A DNA stretch of 64,000 bases from Octopus sinensis. Taxonomy: Eukaryota. Below are positions 1-11,859 of this stretch, in pieces. The notes under the pieces were generated by a model. It was not told where the DNA came from. It did no database searches and worked only from the letters and a program-made list of their open reading frames with translations. How positions within the stretch are numbered: position 1 is the first letter of the stretch; every line of letters begins with the position of its first letter. The stretch lies in assembly GCF_006345805.1 (NCBI RefSeq), contig NC_043011.1, positions 41,428,464-41,492,463 of the forward strand, written 5' to 3'. The translations under genes and the position numbers were made by a program.

Positions 1-269
1 CTTTCTTTCTCTCACTACTTTTTCCAAATAATCATTTCTTCCCATCCCCTCTCTCACTTTCCCTCCTTTTCTTTATCTCCCTCTCTCTGTCACTCTTCTA
101 TACTTTCTCTTATTTCCTCTCTTATTCTCTGTATTTGTTTTTGCTCTCTCCCTCTTACTCGTGGTTTTTGCTTTTCTTCACTTCTCTCTACTCCTCCTCT
201 CCTAATTCCATCTTTCTTATTCTTTGTTTGTTTTCTCTCTTCTTCACTCTCTCTCTCTCTCTCTCATCC

Positions 270-303
<34 letters not shown>

Positions 304-740
304 TTTATTTCCTCCCCCCTCTTTTTGTATTCATTTGCTACTTTTTCTCTCACCACAACTACTATAACTGATCACAGACGCTAAAGAACTACTTCCGGTT
401 ACGAAAAATAATAAAATTATGAAAACGAGTAGCGTTTCCGGTTTAAGATTTTAAAATATAATAGAGAGGAATAGTGGGAGGATGAGTGAGAAAGAAAGAA
501 AGAAAGAAAAAACAAAATACAGAGAGGGAGAGGGAAAGAAAGTAAAAATAAGAAAGAGTGAGACAGAAGAAAGAGAGTGAGTTAGAGTAAAGCAGCGCAA
601 ATAACAGAGAGGGAGTGAGGGGGAAAGACTAAGAATAAGACGGAGAAAAAGAGAGATAAAGTGAATAGCAGGGAGGGAAAAAAGAAAGGAAGATAAAGTA
701 AGAATAAAAGAGCGACAGAGTAAATAAGAGAGAGTGAGAG
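1..740. repeat. CT-rich then GA-rich low-complexity tracts flanking a short unique core
   Basis: Polypyrimidine 1-350 including (TCTA)n, polypurine 470-740. Confidence 0.85.
375..445. promoter_or_regulatory. Possible promoter core with two ETS-type (CCGGAA) motifs
   Basis: ACTTCCGGTT at 391-400 and TTTCCGGTTT at 435-444 in a small CpG-containing island between low-complexity tracts. No TSS data. Confidence 0.35.
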
Positions 741-1038
741 TAAAGGAGGAAGTGAATGTTTATTTAATTGTATTTCTATATTAAGAGGACAAAAACAGAG
801 AGAAAACGAGGAAGATAATGATATATTTATATATACGTAGATATATATATATGAATATAAATACATTTGTCAAATAATAAATAATTTTAATTAATGAGAG
901 AAGATGAATTCAGAAGGCTTTTTTGGAAAGATTTGGAGTCTTGTGTAAGGAAAGAAGCGCATAGACAGACAGAATAACAACAAACATTATAATAATAATT
1001 ATATCAAATAATAATTACACCAATAGTATATATATATA

Positions 1039-1092
<54 letters not shown>

Positions 1093-1380
1093 GTATATGA
1101 ATGGTATTGGTGATTCATAATGTGAATGGGACTTCAATTATGTGAAAACAACATTTGCTTCCTCCTATCTTTGAAAAGAATATTGGAGGTTTTGAACATC
1201 ATTATCCTTCAGTAATATATTCTTCATTATTACCACTGTCATCACCAACACAATCATAATCATTATCTTCATCATCATCAACAACATCATCGTCGTCACC
1301 AGTGTTATTGGTCACCACCGCCACATGCTGTCTCGTACCTGAAACGCATCGGCATTATTAAACATACATATATATGTGTG

Positions 1381-1416
<36 letters not shown>

Positions 1417-1695
1417 AACATATTTACGTAAATATACATGAGTGTATGTGTATTGTATGTTTAGTTAAGTCTTTGGACTAACGGTTCTCAGGCGGGACCA
1501 GCACCAAGATCTTCTCAGAACATACACACAGACATACACATATTTCTTTTTTCTTTTTTTTAAAAAAGAAAAAGAAAAAAAAAGGACGAATTCGGCCGAG
1601 GAACCATGTCACAGGATTTGCATTATTTGGTCACCAAACAAGAAGGCAGAAAGCAACATCGACACAGAGACATGTTTGACCAAATTCTTTCCTAG

Positions 1696-1737
1696 ATATA
1701 TCTACAGCGACCATTCCTTCGTTTCCTCCAGAACACA
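1696..1737 (+). CDS. Candidate 42-nt exon upstream of the polyQ gene
   Basis: Acceptor ttctttcctag, donor aca|gtatgt. Open in all frames; the phase-1 reading DISTATIPSFPPEH fits the phase-1 exons at 5257 and 5424. Confidence 0.25.
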
Positions 1738-2309
1738 GTATGTATCAAATATGTATTTATATGTATATAGTCTCTGTCTCCATAGATATACACATATACA
1801 TGTCTGTCTACTATCATCTATGTACCTACATTATATATTGATTCTGTACGTAATAGAAGTCTACATTATATATATATATATACACACTTACACGAATGTA
1901 TTTTTATATACATGTATATATGTAGCTATGTATGATTATACATAATGTATATAGATGTATATAGGTATGTATTTATGTATTTGGGTACTTGTATATATAT
2001 AAATGATGTAATGTCGTAAATTTCTATGGTTTATTCCACCACTTTACGAAAGGACAACATTAGAAAATGCAACAGGCGCAAGGCTACGATTTGAACCAGG
2101 CACGCGCCTCTTCTTTTTCTCTCGGGTCAGCTGATACCCTGCCTTAAATCGATGCTAATAATGTTTAATATTATCGTAAATGTTCCTACTGAAATTCTAG
2201 GCCCTACTTTTGATATAGGATTTGGTAAGATGTTAAAGGATGCACTTATTACGTGAGTAAATAGGTTTTAATTTTTGTCTTCCTTAGTATATATACATAT
2301 ACGTATGTT

Positions 2310-2356
<47 letters not shown>

Positions 2357-2671
2357 CGTATATATCTATATAAATAGAAACCTGTAAATATAGAAATATT
2401 CATTTACATAAACCTGGGATATAAATTAATAAATAACACACATGCATATATACATACATATATGTACGTACCTACCTCTACATGTATATATACATGCATA
2501 TATGGGTACAGGACACAAAAAAAACGTCGAACACAATGAGAAACGAAAACATAAACACAAAACCAAGGAAATGGACATTTTTCTTAAACAACGAAAAAAT
2601 AGAGTACAGGACATACAAAACAAGGAAAATTCCCCTTCTTTAGTCGCCTTGTTGCATCTACTCCACGTTTC

Positions 2672-2708
<37 letters not shown>

Positions 2709-3498
2709 CATACAGAGAGAGAAAGAAAGAGACGAATATTTACTACATATATGTCGCAGGGTTTTACATACATAGGAGTATAGGTGTTTATAATCACATA
2801 CACATTTAGATATAGGTATATATAAGTATGTGGAGATATATGTATGTATATGCGTGTGTGTGAGTGTATTCGTCCCCTACCACCGATTGACAACCGGTAT
2901 TGGTTTGTTTACGTCTCTAACTAGCGGTTCGATAGAATTAATACCAAACTTCAAGACAAATAGAACCAGAGCCGACTCATTTGACGCAAACTTCTTCTGG
3001 GCAGTCCCCCAGCAGGGCCACCACATTCCTATGACTGAAGCAAAAGATAAAACATACTTTTAGCTTTTACTTGTTTCAATCATTTTCTAAAGCCTGGTAT
3101 TTGTTCCATTGGTCTCTTTTGCCGGACCACTAAGTTACGGGGATGTAAACAAACCAACACCGGTTGTCAAGTAGTGGTGGACCAACGCATAGTCGCACGC
3201 ACACACACATGTATATTGTATACATATGCGTGTGTGTATATATATGTGTGTGTATACTAAGTATTAATCGAAACAGCTGTAAGGGATGATGATTAATTTG
3301 CTTTTAATAATAAATAATTATTAACTTCCCAATCTCCATTTTCTTTTTCTAATTATATATTTATATATATTAATAGTAATGGTAAGACAACAAAAGAATG
3401 AATGAGACCTTGATATTATGTAAATAGAGGAATTTATCTGTAATATAATTTGGAGTCTTATTATTCCAACTGAATAGTTGTCACATATTATATTAAAA

Positions 3499-3534
<36 letters not shown>

Positions 3535-3708
3535 GTGTGTATATGTATATAAAAAATTAGAAAAAAACACCTTTTATCAATTCAAAATGAACAATTAAAT
3601 TACACCATCTAGAAAATTACATATAATAGAAATATTAAAATAACAATAAAATATCAATGATTAAGTAAATTGCAAAAAAAGTAATAAAAACGTATATAAT
3701 TGGTAGAA

Positions 3709-3797
3709 TAACGACACGTGTTTTGTGGCTATATTTAAGAAATGATTATAGTAGTAATAAAATCACTTCGATATAAATATAGCCACTCATCAGGTTA
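3709..3797 (-). ncRNA. Type I hammerhead ribozyme motif (Penelope-type), G12 mutated to A
   Basis: Minus strand: TAAC-CTGATGA-GTGGCTATATTTA-(36 nt)-TAAATATAGCCAC-AAAAC-ACGT-GTC-GTTA. Stem I 4 bp, stem II 13 bp, palindromic stem III, GUC site. Confidence 0.7.
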
Positions 3798-3829
3798 AAA
3801 ATAAACTAGAATAATATATATATATATCA

Positions 3830-4250
3830 TCAAGTGAAAGGTAGATTGTGTTATGCTTATGTATGAACAGCTATACTTGATGGTAGAGACGTGAGCCCTG
3901 AATACAGAGCTCATGCAAAAACTGGTGAGGAATGAAGGTTGTATGTTCTGTTGGGATGTGCAAGTATGACAAAGTGCAAATGTGCTAAAACAACAGTCGG
4001 ACATAAGAGGAATCAGATGCAGCGTGCAAGAGAGAAGGCTGTGACGGTTTGGACATGTGATGTGTATGGATGAAGACAGCTGTATAAAGAAGTGCTGGTC
4101 AGTTAAAATGGATGGAACCTGTGGAAGAGGGAGACCCAGGGAAGATGGGATGAAGTAGTGCGGGGGTGGAATCTTAAGATGTTGAACCTCATGGAAGAGA
4201 AGACATCGGATTGAGATGCCTGGTGATATGAGGTTCTTGAAAAGACCTGC
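3830..4250 (+). mobile_element. Decayed RTE LINE fragment (ORF2 C-terminal part)
   Basis: Alignable by eye to the RTE copy at 16750-17170, with many stops. Confidence 0.8.
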
Positions 4251-4649
4251 CCTCCTCAGTTCTGGAAGTGCAGTGTATTATGTGCTTTCCACCCACACAT
4301 TACATTAATTCACCCATCCACCCTCCAACTCCTGCAGCCCAGTATTTCTCTCTCTCTCTTTTCTCCTCCCCTTGCCAACTGTATAATTGCCACTCCCCTA
4401 TACACCCTGTGTTCACCACTCACTGCATCCCCTTCCCTTCCCTTCCCCTCTATCTTCTACTCTTTTTTTTCACTCTCATTAACTCTCTGCTCACCCTCCC
4501 TGTCCGATCATCTGCACCACTCCACTTACATTCACTTCCTTGTACGTTGAGGTTACGCCCAGGCACATCTTCACCACCAAACTTCAGCTTAATAATAACA
4601 AAGATATTTTATATCTTCATTATTATAAAATTAATTATCAGAATCGAAA

Positions 4650-5029
4650 TCGATCAATGGAAATTGCAGATGTGTTACCAGTGCCGGTGGCATGTAAGAG
4701 AACCTTCCGTTTCGCAACCGTTGCCAGCACCGCCTCGTTTCGTGTCCGTTGCCAGCCTCGCCTGGCCCTCGTGCCGGTGGCACATAAAAAGCACCATCCG
4801 TTCGTGGCCGTTTGCCAGCTCTGTCTGGCACCTGTGCGGGTGGCACGTAAAAAGCACCCACTACACTCACGGAGTGGTTGGCGTTAGGAAGGGCATCCAG
4901 CCATAGAAACACTGCCAGATTTGACTGGGCCTGATGAAGCCTTCTGGCTTCGCAGACCCCAGTAGAACCGTCCAACCCATGCTAGCATGGAAAACGGACG
5001 CTAAACGATGATGATGATGATGATGATGA
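4650..5029 (+). mobile_element. 5'-truncated RTE 3' UTR with tandem subrepeats and (GAT)n tail
   Basis: Same gtgccggtggcac..aaaagcacc subrepeats and ...cggacgctaaacgatgatgat end as 17320-17696. Confidence 0.85.
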
Positions 5030-5034
5030 AACAA

Positions 5035-5240
5035 AGGTAGCATATTTCGGCAAAATTTGGTAGCAAAAGGGTTAAAGTGATCCGAATAAAAATCTTCTAC
5101 CAAAATTTCATGTTGATTTATGATTCCAATACCAACTTAATAACGACAGTCGTTTTAATAGATTTTTCATTTTATTTAAAATTAATTGAATAAAAAAAAA
5201 CCAATGTATTTCAATAGAAATATGGTAGCAAAAGGGCTAA
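5035..5240. mobile_element. piggyBac-like MITE remnant
   Basis: GGTAGCAAAAGGG(T/C)TAA termini; the same interior recurs near 27910-28330. Confidence 0.55.
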
Positions 5241-5256
5241 ATCAAGAAGGCCACAG

Positions 5257-5364
5257 GCTCTGATAAAATTCCTTTTGTCACCTTCAAGCCATACACCCCC
5301 AGGATTAGCCTTTATTTCCTACAAATACTTCAAAGCCCCACCACTCTCATTCATGTGTTAAATG
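5257..5364 (+). CDS. Candidate exon upstream of the polyQ exon (SDKIPFVTFKPYTPRISLYFLQILQSPTTLIHVLN)
   Basis: Strong donor aatg|gtaagt at 5365 and an open frame that splices in phase into DLPEEILEE. The acceptor (ccacag) lacks a pyrimidine tract, so this could be a first/UTR exon. Confidence 0.45.
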
Positions 5365-5423
5365 GTAAGTCTTTGACGCCTGTTTATTCTTTGGTATTTA
5401 TCTTTTATGTATTTCTTTTTCAG
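5365..5423 (+). other. 59-nt GT-AG intron
   Basis: gtaagt...tatttctttttcag; T-rich, consensus ends. Confidence 0.7.
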
Positions 5424-5563
5424 ATCTACCTGAAGAAATTTTGGAAGAAATAAAGCAGGAACAAATCAAAACCAGCCACCGCCGAGAGGCATTCCTGACA
5501 TCACAGCCAGAGCTCAAGCTTCACGATCTCCGCAACTGTTTGCCGTGTTTCTTTAAGACTTGA
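5424..5563 (+). CDS. Protein-like frame DLPEEILEEIKQEQIKTSHRREAFLTSQPELKLHDLRNCLPCFFKT*, in frame with the polyQ ORF
   Basis: Only open frame after the 5423 acceptor. TGA 5561-5563, then TCA, then ATG 5567 in the same frame. Contains an IKQE SUMO-type motif and CLPCFF. Confidence 0.5.
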
Positions 5564-5566
5564 TCA

Positions 5567-7150
5567 ATGATGAGCAATTGGGCCAGTGACCGCAACCAAC
5601 TAGTTCAACAACAGCAACAACAACAACAGCAACAGCAGCAACAACAGCAGCAAGCCATGGCTGCCAACTACCAATCCAACTACAATCCGGCTATTTCTCA
5701 CTCTGGTATGAATATATCCATGACGCCAATGACGGCAACTATCAAACGAGAGCCAATGCCATATAGCAGCAGCTGCAGTGGAAGTTCTGCAGGTGCTGCA
5801 TTTGGCAGCGTGCAGCAGATTCCTTCACGGTCTTCTGGTGCTTCTCTCGGCAACCAAGCTTTGTCCAGTGTTGGCGGTGAGACAATGTACTATAGCCATG
5901 GTGTCCCATTTGCGGGCAATCCACAAGGAAGCAACGTAGCCCGGATTTACCAAAATGCAGGTCCTGCTCCCCATCCGTCACAGAATGTCGCTAATATCCG
6001 CTACCAGAACCAGTCCCCTTCAAACCAAGTCGTGCGCCTTTATCAAAGCTCGTCATCTCCGAATAATTCAGCAGCCAGATACCAACGTTCGTCACCAAAC
6101 AATGGCAACATTGGTGTCCGATTCCAGTCGACAGCGCCCCCGTCTCAACAAGGGGCTGGTGGTGTCAGTCTAAGATACCAGCCCCCACAAGGTAGCATGG
6201 CTAATGTCCACTACCAGACACCAGTATCAAACCCGAACCAAACGATACGTTATGTGAACCAGTCATCTGAGATTGCAATGGTTAACCAGCTGCAGCAGCA
6301 GCAACAACAACAGCAGCAGCAAGGCACCAAGCAGTTCTTACCAAGTGCTCAAGATCTACGCAGCCCTGCACTCTCAGCACTTTTGGCCGGCAAAGCTAAC
6401 CAAGTGGCTAGCCAGAACAGCAGCTATGCGCACCAACAGAGTCAGCACTACAACAGCAACAGACAGAATCCTAATGCTCTCACGCTGCGTACATTACAAC
6501 CGAAACCCAGTCCTCCAGCATACCCGAACACCCCAAGACCGTACCCCGTTGGGAGCCAGCCGAGTCTTCAGTACAGTAACCCACAACCTTTGCTTAACCA
6601 GCAAGAGAAGGACAGCAATTACTTGAACCAACAACCCTTAATGCCAACGCTAAATCAGCTGCTGCAGGCAAACCAATTCTCCCAGCTGAATGCTAACAAG
6701 GCAGTGGTTAATCGACAAAATCAGTTTACCCAACATTCAGCCAGTCCCTACCGTATCCACCCCTCAATTACCCAGGCTCCCAATGTCACTGTCCAGATGT
6801 ACAACCAGGCACAGAGTACATTCGGCATGGGTGCGAATCAGCCAAAGGCCCCACCGAGTTCCTCCATGCCGCCTCCCCCTCCATCCTCATCCATTAACAA
6901 ACTGGCCAATTATCCGGACACTGCCCCTGCTCCTGCCCCGGCTTCATCGTCCTCCTCCTTTTCATTGTGGCATAAACCATCACAGTGGAACACAAGCTCA
7001 GACAATTACACTAGCTCCAGCCAACAACAGCAGTTGCAGCAGCAGCAGCAACAGCAACAACAACAACAACAGCAACAGTCTCAACAGCAGCAACAACAAC
7101 AACAACAGCAGCAGCAGCAGCAGCAGCAACAGCCACAACAGCAGCAGCAC

Positions 7151-7182
<32 letters not shown>

Positions 7183-7991
7183 GCAACCCCAACCTCCTCC
7201 ACCTCCTCAGTTACATCAGTTGTTACAACAACAACAACAGCAAAGTAAACCTCCTGCTGCCCACCCCATGGAGAAGGCTATTGTACCCACCACAATTATG
7301 TCAAACACATTTCACAACACATTTGCCACCAACAGCAACGCTGGGAGCACCAACGTATCCCTCCAGCAAACCCCACAGACATCCTCCTCCTCCTCCTACA
7401 TGTCCAACCCCAGCCACCTTTCATCGGCACCTTTGCCCTCATCGGCCACCTCTTCCTCTGACAAAGATGGGCCGCTGTCCGACAAGATGAACATTGACGA
7501 AGACCTCCAGCTGCCAGCGATCGACGACCTCTCAAACATCGTTCGCCAAATCATCGACGACTGCTGGGCAGATAATGACTTTGATCATCGCACATTCGAC
7601 TCACCCGAGTTAATCCTGGGTATCAACTCAGAGTCGCGGAGCTCGTCCCAGTCCCAATCGCAACCTTACAACACCGACAAGGATGGACGCGCCACGAGCA
7701 AGTGCATACCGAATCCGCGTAGCAAAGACGCAAGCATCATCAGACACATTCCGAGCGACATGCAAGTCATGAAAGACTTAGAAACAGCGCCCGACAACAG
7801 TGCTGCCGCCAACAAAGGCAGCAAGGGGATGCCGCCAATGAACTCACGCCTCAAGAATGGCAACAACGATTCTCAAAGAGCCTCAACTACCAATTCTTCA
7901 AGTGAACCCGAAGAGGAAATGCTGGACATTACTGATGCTGAGCTTCAGTCTCTCTTTGAGAACAAAGACAAACTGCCAGTTCTTCATGTTG
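5567..7991 (+). CDS. Main coding exon of a polyQ/S/P/N-rich, LXXLL-containing putative transcriptional co-regulator
   Basis: About 808 open codons in an AT-rich background; LSALL (6371), LNQLL (6650), LHQLL (7211), IKRE; acidic C-terminal segment; donor gttg|gtatgt at 7992 (phase 1). Family not recognised. Confidence 0.85.
7022..7190 (+). repeat. Long mixed CAA/CAG polyglutamine tract (shorter tracts near 5605-5655 and 6288-6320)
   Basis: Coding trinucleotide repeat interrupted by S, P and H codons. Confidence 0.95.
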
Positions 7992-8210
7992 GTATGTGTG
8001 GTTCTGAACTTGTAATAGAAATGGTTGGAACCAACCCACAAGATCTAATGAAACAATTTGGTGAAGTTTCTGGATAGAAAACCACAGACATAATATCTTG
8101 TGACATTTTTCATTGTACAATTGTTTTTGTTTTTTAGTTTTCTTTTTTTTTCTTTTCTTCCTTGTTTTTGTCATTTTAATCTTCTCATCATTTCTCTCAT
8201 TCTCTTTCCA

Positions 8211-8248
<38 letters not shown>

Positions 8249-8254
8249 CATTAT

Positions 8255-8457
8255 CATTCTGGCAGAATTGTCAGCACAACAAACAAGATGTTTCACATTT
8301 CTCCTGGTTTCAACGTTCTGAGTTCAAATTCTACCAGGATTGATTTTTTTTTTGCCTTTCATCCTTAATTGACTTACCACCGCCCTGCACCCTTAAAACT
8401 GCTGGCCTTGTGCCAATGCTTGAAACCACCATTATTATTATGTTTCTTTTCATCATC

Positions 8458-8488
<31 letters not shown>

Positions 8489-8690
8489 CCAGGCAAAATT
8501 CTCAGCAGTATTTCATCCGTTTTTCCATTCTGAGTTCAAATTCTGCCAGGGTGAGCTTTGCCTTTCATCCTTCCAGTATCGACGAAATAAAGTACGAGTC
8601 AAGTCCTGGGGGGGGGGGGTCAATGCAATTGAACTGGTCCCCTCTCGTCAAAAAAAATGTTGGCCCCTGTTCCAAAATTTGAAACCACCA
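8255..8690 (+). mobile_element. Two decayed tRNA-derived SINE copies (family B)
   Basis: ctggcagaat...ttctgagttcaaatt...gcctttcatcc core shared with 15561. Confidence 0.7.
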
Positions 8691-9141
8691 TTATCACCAT
8701 CAGTATTATTTTTATTATTATTACTGTAACGAAGGCGGCAAAGTGGTAGAAGTGGTTGAGTAGCAGACTGAACACATCAGAGTATAGTATTATATTTATT
8801 CAGTTCTTTCCTGAATGGGGAGAGTGGCTGCATTTAACCCTCTAAGGTCACAAGGAAAACACACACACACATACACATGCTCTGTCTTTGTGTCGGTGTT
8901 TGTCCCCCCCCCCTTGATAACCGACATTGGTGTGTTTACGTCCCCATGACTTAGTAGCTTGGCAATAGAATTCATACCAGGCTTTAAAAAACCCAATAAG
9001 TGCTGGGATCAATTCGTTTAACCAGAATTCTACAATTCTGGTGCTCCAGCATGACCACAGCAGCCTAATGCTCAAAACAAGTGAAACATAAAAGTTATCC
9101 AAATATTTTAGACCACACATGAATAAATGCCACATACACAC

Positions 9142-9213
<72 letters not shown>

Positions 9214-9491
9214 TACATACACACACACATACATATACATATATACACACCCAATGTTCCCAGTCATTCAATCACCCAAACCTTGCTGTTCCTCTTGTAA
9301 CTCTTCTGGTTACATTTCTCTTGCTATTTTAATTAATAATTGTATTTTATTCGTTGCATACTTTTAGTTAATATCTTAAATTAATTGTCCTTTTATTATT
9401 ATTTTTTTTTTTTTTGTTTAAAGCTGTTCCCATGTTTCATTTCTTGTTTTTGTTGTTTTTGTTATTGTTTGGTTTTTCAGTTTTGTTTTTG

Positions 9492-9522
<31 letters not shown>

Positions 9523-9889
9523 CTTTCACCACCACCACTACCGTTTCTTGGAGAATCTTCACCTGAAATTTCCAAGACAGAATTTGTTAAAGTGGGGGTT
9601 TTTTTTTTTCCTTAATTAATTAACATTTATTTTTTAATATCAAGAAAAAAATAAGTTGGAGAAAAAATAGCAAAGAAAGAAAAAAAAAAATTGATTTTTA
9701 TTCTTTCACATCACATGTGTGTTTGTGTGTTTATGTATTACAGGTACATTTATATTTATATACATACATTATACCAAAGTGGGTTAAAGTGTACATATGT
9801 ATGTATATGATGTATGCATGGATGTGTTTGTATGTATGTATATATATTATACACATGTATATGTGTGTGTATGCATGTATGTATATATA

Positions 9890-10280
9890 GGCGCGGGAGT
9901 GGCTGTGTGGTAAGTAGCTTGCTAACCAACCACATGGTTCCGGGTTCAGTCCCACTGCGTGGCATCTTGGGCAAGTGTCTTCTGCTATAGCCCCGGGCCG
10001 ACCAATGCCTTGTGAGTGGATTTGGTAGACGGAAACTGAAAGAAGCCCGTCGTATATATGTATATATATATGTATGTGTGTGTGTCTGTGTTTGTCCCCC
10101 CTAGCATTGCTTGACATCCGATGCTGGTGTGTTTACGTCCCCATCACTTAGCGGTTCAGCAAAAGAGACCGATAGAATAAGTACTGGGCTTACAAAGAAT
10201 AAGTCCCGGGGTCAATTTGCTCGACTAAAGGCAGTGCTCCTGCATGGCCGCAGTCAAATGACTGAAACAAGTAAAAGAGT
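9890..10280 (+). mobile_element. Near full-length tRNA-derived SINE (family A)
   Basis: A-box-like gtggctgtgtggtaag, B-box-like ggttcagtccc, ccttgggcaag-type core, internal (TA)/(TG)n; many further copies in the window. Confidence 0.9.
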
Positions 10281-11859
10281 ATATGTATATATGTGTATGT
10301 ATGTATGTATGTATATATCAAAACAACAAGGGCTTAGTGATCCAGGTGAAATATTTGATAAGCTCTCTGTAGATAAAGATGAACCAGGCTAACAAATAAG
10401 TCTCAGTCAATGTTGAAATCCAGGTAATCCAGTCTCAAAATCCATCACCAGTCAAATTTGTATCTGTGGCCCAGTCACCAAGTTAAAACTGCTATGTTGG
10501 TACAGAGTTATATAGGAGATACACAGAGATAATTGGTCTTATACATTTATTAAGACTCCGACTGGAAAGGAAACAAACTGTCTGTGTGCGTTTAATATAT
10601 GAATCGAAATTGGAGATTAGAAAAAATTTTTGTATTATTTATTCACCATTAAACATGTTTCATTTGCTAGTGCTACATGTAGGTGAAACATGTAAGATAT
10701 GAAACACATGTAATAGATAATACCCCAAAATTTTTTCCAATTTCCTGCTTTGATATGTAATTATTCTGCAAAAAAGCTATTTCCCAGTATTTTTCAACTC
10801 TTTATACATGGCTCACATGATTAATAATATTTACATACAATTTTGAAGGACTGGAATAAGCTGATTCGATTCATGAAGACAGAGCTTGGATTATAACCCA
10901 ATCTACATACTATATATATATACACACACGTGCGTGCATATATACATACATATATAAACTCATGCATGTACATTCATAGTCCACAACGTGTTACCATGTG
11001 CACTGTATGTATATGTCTCTTTATAAACATGTACACTACTATATAATATGCTATATGTATTTTATATGTATGACTGTAAGGATGGCCATGGAGTTCACTT
11101 TGTAACCACATAGTTCCCAGTTCAATTCCAACATAGGGCACCTTGGTCTATTGTCTTCTATATTCTCATGTTGACCAATATCTTGGAAGTGAAGTTGAGG
11201 AACACTTAGTCAAAACCAAATTGTGCATATGTCTGTGTATATATACATACATACACATTCACACACACATATTTGTGTGTGCATGTATATATATGTATGT
11301 ATAATGTATATAATGAACTTTTTAATGTTTGTTTCTAAGTATATACATCTATATATGGGAGTAAATGTATGGAAAGTTAGATCAAGATATAAAGTGTATT
11401 AAATACACGAAATTCAAAAAATGTATGTTTACACATAAAAAGGTCTGACTTACACCGGGTACAAATGATATCGGGAATTAAAGGGATGGAGGAACAGTGT
11501 TACAAATCCGACAGCTGTTTTTCTATGTATACATATATACATTTCCTGTATTTAATGTACCTTATATATTGATGCGTTCAAAATCGTTTATCCCTACATT
11601 CACCTCTAAACCCGCTCAAGTTTAAATCTTCTGAGCATTACTAAGGGTATTCACCATGGAGACCGTCTGATTTTCTCATCTATGAACTACATCTATATGT
11701 GTGTGTGTGTGTGTGTGTATGTATATATATACCTGAACATATATTCATAAATGTTTTTAAGTGAAATTATATATATAAAAAAAAAAAAAATTTAACATTA
11801 AACTGAAGGATTACTCAATACTTTTTAGTAGAGTACATATTCATTAAACTTTTACATAG

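Noticed and set aside
1585-1700. Minus-strand frame GKNLVKHVSVSMLLSAFLFGDQIMQIL*
   Set aside because: Exact antisense of the + frame at 1606; no supporting minus-strand gene structure nearby.
4268-4975. 212-aa and overlapping ORFs
   Set aside because: Low-complexity sequence plus RTE 3' UTR subrepeats; the same spurious peptides recur at every UTR copy.
7992-8077. ORF-track C-terminus GMCGSELVIEMVG...EVSG*
   Set aside because: Follows a good donor (g|gtatgt), and two phase-compatible downstream exons exist. Probably intron read-through, although an intron-retained isoform is not excluded.
10373-10392. Alternative terminal exon DKDEPG*
   Set aside because: Phase-compatible but very short with a modest acceptor; the 11860 exon is better supported.
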